Positions 34,326 to 36,675 of a stretch of 36,675 nt of DNA are shown piece by piece. The stretch is from a virus (taxonomy: Duplodnaviria > Caudoviricetes): positions 1 through 36,675 of the IMG/VR virus record IMGVR_UViG_3300017727_000050, one strand, 5' to 3'. The notes under the pieces are model-generated. The model was given only the letters and a program-made list of their open reading frames with translations, ran no database searches and had not been told where the DNA came from. Position numbers and translations under genes: made by a program. Each line of letters starts with the position of its first letter. The stretch's first letter is position 1.

Positions 34326-36152
34326 CTATTTGAGCATATTTCGCGCAATCTCCTCGTATTTAGGCGACATCCTGCGTTCTGCTGCCATCGCATAGACCAT
34401 GCAGTCAAGAGCCTCGTTTCTCTGCCCTCTTTGGCATTCGAAAAAGCGAACAAACTCGCCTGTTTTGGAGCTGCGCCGGATTACCGAATCCTCTGCGAGT
34501 AGCATTTCAAAAAAGCCGGTAGCCTCTCCACCCGCTGACGGTCCAAACTCTGCAGTTTTGGGGAAGTGAATGAATCCTCGAGGATGTGATTCGCCTGCCT
34601 CGTCCGGTTGCAAATCGAGTCGGGAGTAAATAGTCTCTTTCGCTTCGTGAGTGCCGATGTGGTATTGCAGAATTTTGGCCGCTCCGATCCGCGTCGGTTT
34701 ATTATCCATCAATACGCGGTCAATCGTCCTAGCTCCCTTGCAGCCGTATACTCGCTGCCGTGTCCGCATATGCGTTTGCGCCAATACAGCATCTTGCCAC
34801 TTCCCGGAGTCAATCATAGTGCAGACGATTCCGAGCGATCCGGCGACTGGATGCGCGTATCGCTTTGACAATTCCTTGTCGAGCTTTTGCCAAGTCGAAA
34901 GCTCCATCGGACTCCCCAGAATCGTTTTGTATGCAACGCCCCAACTCTCTGCGTTGTCGCCCCATCCCATCACAATCAGCTCGCATCTGTTTTTCTGCCA
35001 ATCCACGCCTGCGGTGAGCATGAGAACGTCAGCCGGGAGCATTTCGCCTGGATTGTATTCTTCGCGGCGCGCATACAGGACGTGAGGCTCTGGTTTTGAT
35101 TCTACCTGTTCCGCGTAAGATTCTGCCAGCATCGTATTCACAAATACACGCTTGGCTTTTTCCGGTGAATCTGCCTTTTTCCCGCGCTCAATCTCGGCAG
35201 CGATTTCATGCAAATACCCGTTATAGGCTGCTGAGTGGTCGCCTACGTTCGCAAGGCAATTCAGGTGAAATCCCCGCTCGCCTGAATCTCTAGGCTCGCT
35301 CAGTGTCTTGTCGAGAAATCTTCCACCCTTTGCCATCGCAAGTCTTGATTCGTCGTCGTGTCTTTCGCCGCAACTACGGCAGACGATTACTGCGCTTTCT
35401 GGCTCGCCTGTTTTCCATTGCAGGTCTTTGATTTGCATCTCCCATTCATGCTCGCATTTTGAGCAGGTGACGAACCAACGGCATTGGTCTGACTGGTCAA
35501 ACATTGCGTCGATCTTGGAGTGACCTTTGAGGGAAGGATATGACGAAGCCCACTTGTATTGGTTTTTCTCGCCCCGGGCGCGTTTGAAAAATTGCGCGAG
35601 CTTGTCGCCTTCGTCGGTCGTTTCTTGAGTAATTGCGTCGATCTCGTCTGCATATAGCACCGGAGCCTGTAGCCTTCGAATCATGCCCGATGAGTTGCTG
35701 CCGATTGCGTGGATTGCTCCGCCGCTGTTCCATCGCTTCAATCTTTTCAAATCGGTTTCCATCTCCATCTTTTCAATGGCGGGAGTCGCCAGAAACATTT
35801 TATAAAGCTCCTCGTTCACCCAATCCTCCGCGATGCTTTGAGATGGAAACATTACACCGGCAGCGGTCCGCAATTGCTCGACGACATAGCAGAGTCCAGC
35901 CGCAAAGAGATAGGTTTTCCCTGCTCCCGAAAATGCCCGGATCGCTACCGAAGTCAGTGATGGGTTGAACAAGTCCCGGGCTATTTGCACCTGCGTTTCC
36001 CGAAATCGAAACGGAGTGCCGTCCGGGTTGATGATGTATCGCGTGGCCCAATCTTCGAAGGAGATAGCAGGGCGAAACCGGAGCGAATCTTTTAGCGTCT
36101 GGTTGAGCGTTTCCAGCAAGGATATTTGCGAGATGTTGTAGCTGTCGTCCAT
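34326..36152 (-). CDS. Terminase large subunit, GpA family
   Basis: FSGAGKT, YADEID, SDQCRWFVTCSKC, LTAGVDWQKNR, MIDSG, RNEALDCMVYA. Confidence 0.93.
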   Translation of the reverse strand: MDDSYNISQISLLETLNQTLKDSLRFRPAISFEDWATRYIINPDGTPFRFRETQVQIARDLFNPSLTSVAIRAFSGAGKTYLFAAGLCYVVEQLRTAAGVMFPSQSIAEDWVNEELYKMFLATPAIEKMEMETDLKRLKRWNSGGAIHAIGSNSSGMIRRLQAPVLYADEIDAITQETTDEGDKLAQFFKRARGEKNQYKWASSYPSLKGHSKIDAMFDQSDQCRWFVTCSKCEHEWEMQIKDLQWKTGEPESAVIVCRSCGERHDDESRLAMAKGGRFLDKTLSEPRDSGERGFHLNCLANVGDHSAAYNGYLHEIAAEIERGKKADSPEKAKRVFVNTMLAESYAEQVESKPEPHVLYARREEYNPGEMLPADVLMLTAGVDWQKNRCELIVMGWGDNAESWGVAYKTILGSPMELSTWQKLDKELSKRYAHPVAGSLGIVCTMIDSGKWQDAVLAQTHMRTRQRVYGCKGARTIDRVLMDNKPTRIGAAKILQYHIGTHEAKETIYSRLDLQPDEAGESHPRGFIHFPKTAEFGPSAGGEATGFFEMLLAEDSVIRRSSKTGEFVRFFECQRGQRNEALDCMVYAMAAERRMSPKYEEIARNMLK

Positions 36153-36156
36153 CCGG

Positions 36157-36570
36157 TCAATCTTCCTCTGTGAACTCGTCCAGCACTATCTGGAGTTGCT
36201 CGATGCAATTTCCTTTTTCTTCGTCGCTGATGTCGAGCCTGGAAATAACTTTGTTCATGGCAGAGATAGCGTGGCCGAGTGGTTTGGCGATGTCCTCAAT
36301 CTTGATGTACTTACGTTCCAGAATTGCCGTCTCTGTTTCGGCCTTTCGAGCTTGCGCCATGTTTCGGCGATCCGTCGATGTCATTGCGCCTTTGTGGTCA
36401 ATGACGGTAGCGACCAACTTTTCAACGTCATACAAATGACTGCTCCCTGTGATGCGTGGCCTCAATCCCTGCTCCTCCATTAGCGCAGTAAATTTGCCCT
36501 TATCCATCCTGCAGATGCTCGACGCCTTTCTCACAGTCCACTCAGGTCTTTTTGTTTCTTTACTTGGCAT
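36157..36570 (-). CDS. Terminase small subunit (Nu1-like)
   Basis: N-terminal HTH-like region with LYDV, coiled coil AQARKAETE; directly upstream of TerL. Confidence 0.7.
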   Translation of the reverse strand: MPSKETKRPEWTVRKASSICRMDKGKFTALMEEQGLRPRITGSSHLYDVEKLVATVIDHKGAMTSTDRRNMAQARKAETETAILERKYIKIEDIAKPLGHAISAMNKVISRLDISDEEKGNCIEQLQIVLDEFTEED

Positions 36571-36624
36571 TCGGTGGTGGTCGCTAATGGGTGTAAAATG
36601 TAGAAATTAATCGCGGTGCGCTCC

Positions 36625-36675
36625 TAAATGGGAGGTTCTCTGGATAGGACCCGCTTATTTTTAGTGACTTAGGCA
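36625..36675. repeat. Terminal direct repeat, right copy
   Basis: Identical to 13-63. Confidence 0.95.
36646..36652 (-). other. cosQ-like element GGGTCCT (also at 34-40)
   Basis: Minus strand CGGGTCCTATCCAGAGAACC, about 80 nt upstream of the small terminase gene. Confidence 0.6.

Overview
This window looks like an essentially complete ~36.6 kb tailed dsDNA phage genome. A 51-nt direct repeat (13-63 = 36625-36675) closes the circle. The head module is lambda-like: small terminase, GpA-type large terminase, lambda-family portal and a ClpP protease-major capsid fusion. The tail is non-contractile, with a lambda-type GGGAAAG chaperone frameshift. The minus-strand late arm (36570 to 13829) covers packaging, head, tail and lysis. 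A plus-strand early arm (5691-13802) carries a beta clamp, N4/N6 methyltransferase, SNF2-like helicase, HNH-AP2, RecE-like exonuclease and SSB. A second minus-strand arm (5563 to 57) carries NlpC/P60, a C5 methyltransferase, primase-helicase, a putative origin and RuvC. No integrase, repressor, DNA polymerase, reverse transcriptase, tRNA or CRISPR array was recognised. The most striking feature is an integrase-free array of four short cassettes at 12592-13826. Each cassette is bounded by its own self-complementary GTTCNNN...NNNGAAC ends and separated by attC-like imperfect hairpins that themselves supply the start and stop codons. Also notable: a C5 methyltransferase apparently split over two overlapping reading frames, a lambda-like cosQ at the contig junction, and an inverted, displaced neck-like gene. 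All product calls come from motif recognition by eye; no database searches were run.
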